A DNA stretch of 11,658 bases from contig JAQGDQ010002173.1 of NCBI GenBank assembly GCA_030141605.1, forward strand, positions 1 through 11,658, given 5' to 3'. Made by a program: the position numbers and the translations under genes. The notes below the pieces were generated by a model. The model saw only the letters and a list, made by a program, of their open reading frames with translations, was not told the DNA's origin and ran no database searches. The DNA is from Tubiluchus corallicola. Its lineage: Eukaryota; Animalia; Priapulida. Numbering within the stretch: position 1 is the stretch's first letter; every line of letters begins with the position of its first letter. Shown here piece by piece: positions 9,403-11,658 of this stretch.

Positions 9403-10420
9403 AATCCAGTGGTGTTGTTGTTCTCATTCTCTCCCCCCCCCCTAGCTGTTCTCATTCTGTTCATTGGTTCCCCTGTCATTAATGTCAGAAAATCGAACTT
9501 CTTTCAAGAAAATATTAAGCCGCGTGACGTCTAGTAAGAAAGCAATAGTGACAGCAGGAAATTGAAGGTGAACTCAGCGTCACGATGCCGAAGATTCTGA
9601 GAGCCCAAAACATAAATGAAATGAGAAATGAGAATGTGAGATGAAACGTACGAACTGAAGAACTAATGGACCTAGTGATGCCGACCAGAAAAATAATTTC
9701 TCTCACTACAATTCACTTCAGGGACTAAGACTCTTACGAAAAACAAAACAAGTGCAAACACGCAAGGGAAACTTTTACAATCAATGACTTTAGGCTGGTA
9801 TCCTTGTTTTCTTTTTTCTTCCGATTCATCTGTTTATTTTCTTTTGTCGTCTTTTCTAAATCAAAAAATTGGTTGTTAAAGTATTGCAACGATTTTGCCG
9901 AGACGCAATGAGTTCGAAAGACGAATTTTAAATCAGACTTGCCCAGAGTTTATCCGGTGTTCTGCGTGCTGATTCGCCAGAACGGAACAGGTGCTGAGAC
10001 GTTAAAAGCACCCATCCGCCTACTCACCGAATCAACGAGGCCATTCCAGATCAGGGTTGCTACGTGCAATGGCTTCGCAATGCATCGAACCATCGCAATG
10101 GGGGGGGGGTGAAAATGAAATTTACTCCACTTTGCTGTCATAATAGTATTTTGGCATCAAGAAGCAATTGTAGTTAAGATAGTTTAAAAATTTGTGAGTA
10201 AAAATATATTGCATTTTAGCCAAACAAAAATGATGCATGTCACTATAGCAACAACCGTGTAATTACAACGCTTTTATTACAGGTACACAAAAACATTTAT
10301 AGTTAAAAACTTTTACATTAAGAAGTTAAAATTACGTGAAACATTTAGACTAGCTGCTGCTGTCATCATCAGTGGTAAATTTGTACAAAAGTACAAACAG
10401 CTTATACAGGCAAAGCGTAC

Positions 10421-10887
10421 TATGCACTAATTATGTATTTAACAGAAGCCAAATAGGTAATGATTAAGCAGACCAGTAAAGAAACTGATACAGTAAATTA
10501 TGCACTAATTAAGTATTTAACAGAAGCCAAATAGGTAATGATTAAGCAGACCAGTAAAGAAACTGATACAGTAAATTATGCACTAGTTAAGTATTTAACA
10601 GAAGCCAAATAGGTAATGATTAAGCAGACCAGTAAAGAAACTGATACAGTAACTTATGCACTAATTAAGTATTTAACAGAAGCCAAATAGGTAATGATTA
10701 AGCAGACCAGTAAAGAAACTGATACAGTAACTTATGCACTAATTAAGTATTTAACAGAAGCCAAATAGGTAATGAATAAGCAGACCAGTAAAGAAATTGA
10801 TACAGTAACTTATGCACTAATTAAGTATTTAACAGAAGCCAAATAGGTAATGAATAAGCAGAAAAGTAAAGAAATTGATATAGTAAC
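10421..10887 (+). repeat. Tandem array, 6 x 78 bp, left arm
   Basis: TATGCACTAATTAAGTATTTAACAGAAGCCAAATAGG... starts at 10421, 10499, 10577, 10655, 10733 and 10811. Confidence 0.98.
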
Positions 10888-11082
10888 AAATAGCTAAGTG
10901 TTTGAAAATGAAGTTTAAGGAATTGAACTGCTTTGTACATTAAGAGAAGGCTTATTAGGCTACATAGATAAACTTTCTTTTATGAAAGTCCAAGTTATTT
11001 GTAGATCTGGTCACAAAACTGATTTTAATAATTTCTGCATTGTGACAATATAACTATGAAAAACTACAGATAACAGTTATTT

Positions 11083-11237
11083 GTTACTGTGTCAATTTCT
11101 TTACTGATCTGCTGATTCACTACCTATTTGGCTTCTGTTAAATACATAATTAGTGCATCAGTTACTGTGTCAATTTCTTTACTGATCTGCTTATTCATTA
11201 CCTATTTGGCTTCTGTTAAATACATAATTAGTGCATA
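11083..11237 (-). repeat. Tandem array, 2 x 78 bp, right arm (inverted)
   Basis: GTTACTGTGTCAATTTCTTTACTGATCTGC... at 11083 and 11161 is the reverse complement of the 78-bp unit. Confidence 0.97.
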
Positions 11238-11658
11238 GTAGGTTCAGCCTATATAAACTCTTTGTACTTTTGTACAAATTTACCACTGATGATGACAGAC
11301 GTAGCCTGTCGAAATGTTTCACGTGATTTTAACTTCTTAATGTAAAAGTTTTTAAGAAAGTTGCGTTGTTTTTAACTATAAATGTTTTTGTGTACCTGTA
11401 ATAAAAGCGTTGTAATTACACGGTTGTTGCTATAGTGACATGTATCATTTTTGTTTGACTGAAATGCAATATATTTTTACCCACAAATTTTTAAACTATC
11501 TTAACTACAATTGCTTCTTGATGCCAAAATACTATTATGACAGAAAAGTGGAGTAAATTTCATTTTCACCCCACCCCATTGTTGTTTTTAATTATAATGC
11601 TTTTATTTTCGATTCTGCTTCTCTAATGTCTGTAGTACCCCCTAATGAGATTAAGATG

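Larger units (their letters stand above)
10096..11581. mobile_element. Foldback-type non-autonomous element with long inverted arms (10096-~10895 and ~11075-11581) and a ~180-bp spacer
   Basis: CAATGGGG..TGAAAATGAAATTTACTCCACTTT.. at 10096 is the reverse complement of the sequence ending at 11581. Complementarity continues for about 500 bp, including the 78-bp units. There is no ORF and no clear TSD. The inverted repeat is certain; the transposon identity is inferred. Confidence 0.8.

Overview
This is AT-rich, repeat-dense eukaryotic DNA, probably intronic or intergenic sequence from an invertebrate animal. I see no intact gene, RNA gene, CRISPR array or prokaryotic system. The window contains: (1) two 5'-truncated minus-strand copies of one CR1/L2-group LINE (1490-2537 and 4940-5375), each with a target-site duplication (TSD) ending in TTA, with a 74-bp 3'UTR segment present 8 times in one copy and once in the other; (2) a ~1.49-kb foldback-type element (10096-11581) with 500-800-bp inverted arms carrying 6 versus 2 copies of a 78-bp unit; (3) several non-autonomous DNA transposons, including a CAG..CTG MITE with a 7-bp TSD, a Tc1/pogo-type MITE with a TA TSD, and truncated ends; (4) a 1.55-kb 32/33-bp minisatellite, a ~100-bp tandem array, and (GA)n, (CT)n and (TAC)70 microsatellites; (5) older diverged local duplications; and (6) a speculative set of minus-strand micro-exons. 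The recurring theme is tandem arrays arising inside mobile elements. Almost all listed ORFs are repeat artefacts; only 2245-2508(-) is recognisable, as a LINE ORF2 C-terminus. I cannot support a claim of a new biological system; the best candidates for undescribed elements are the foldback element and the TSD-making LINE family.
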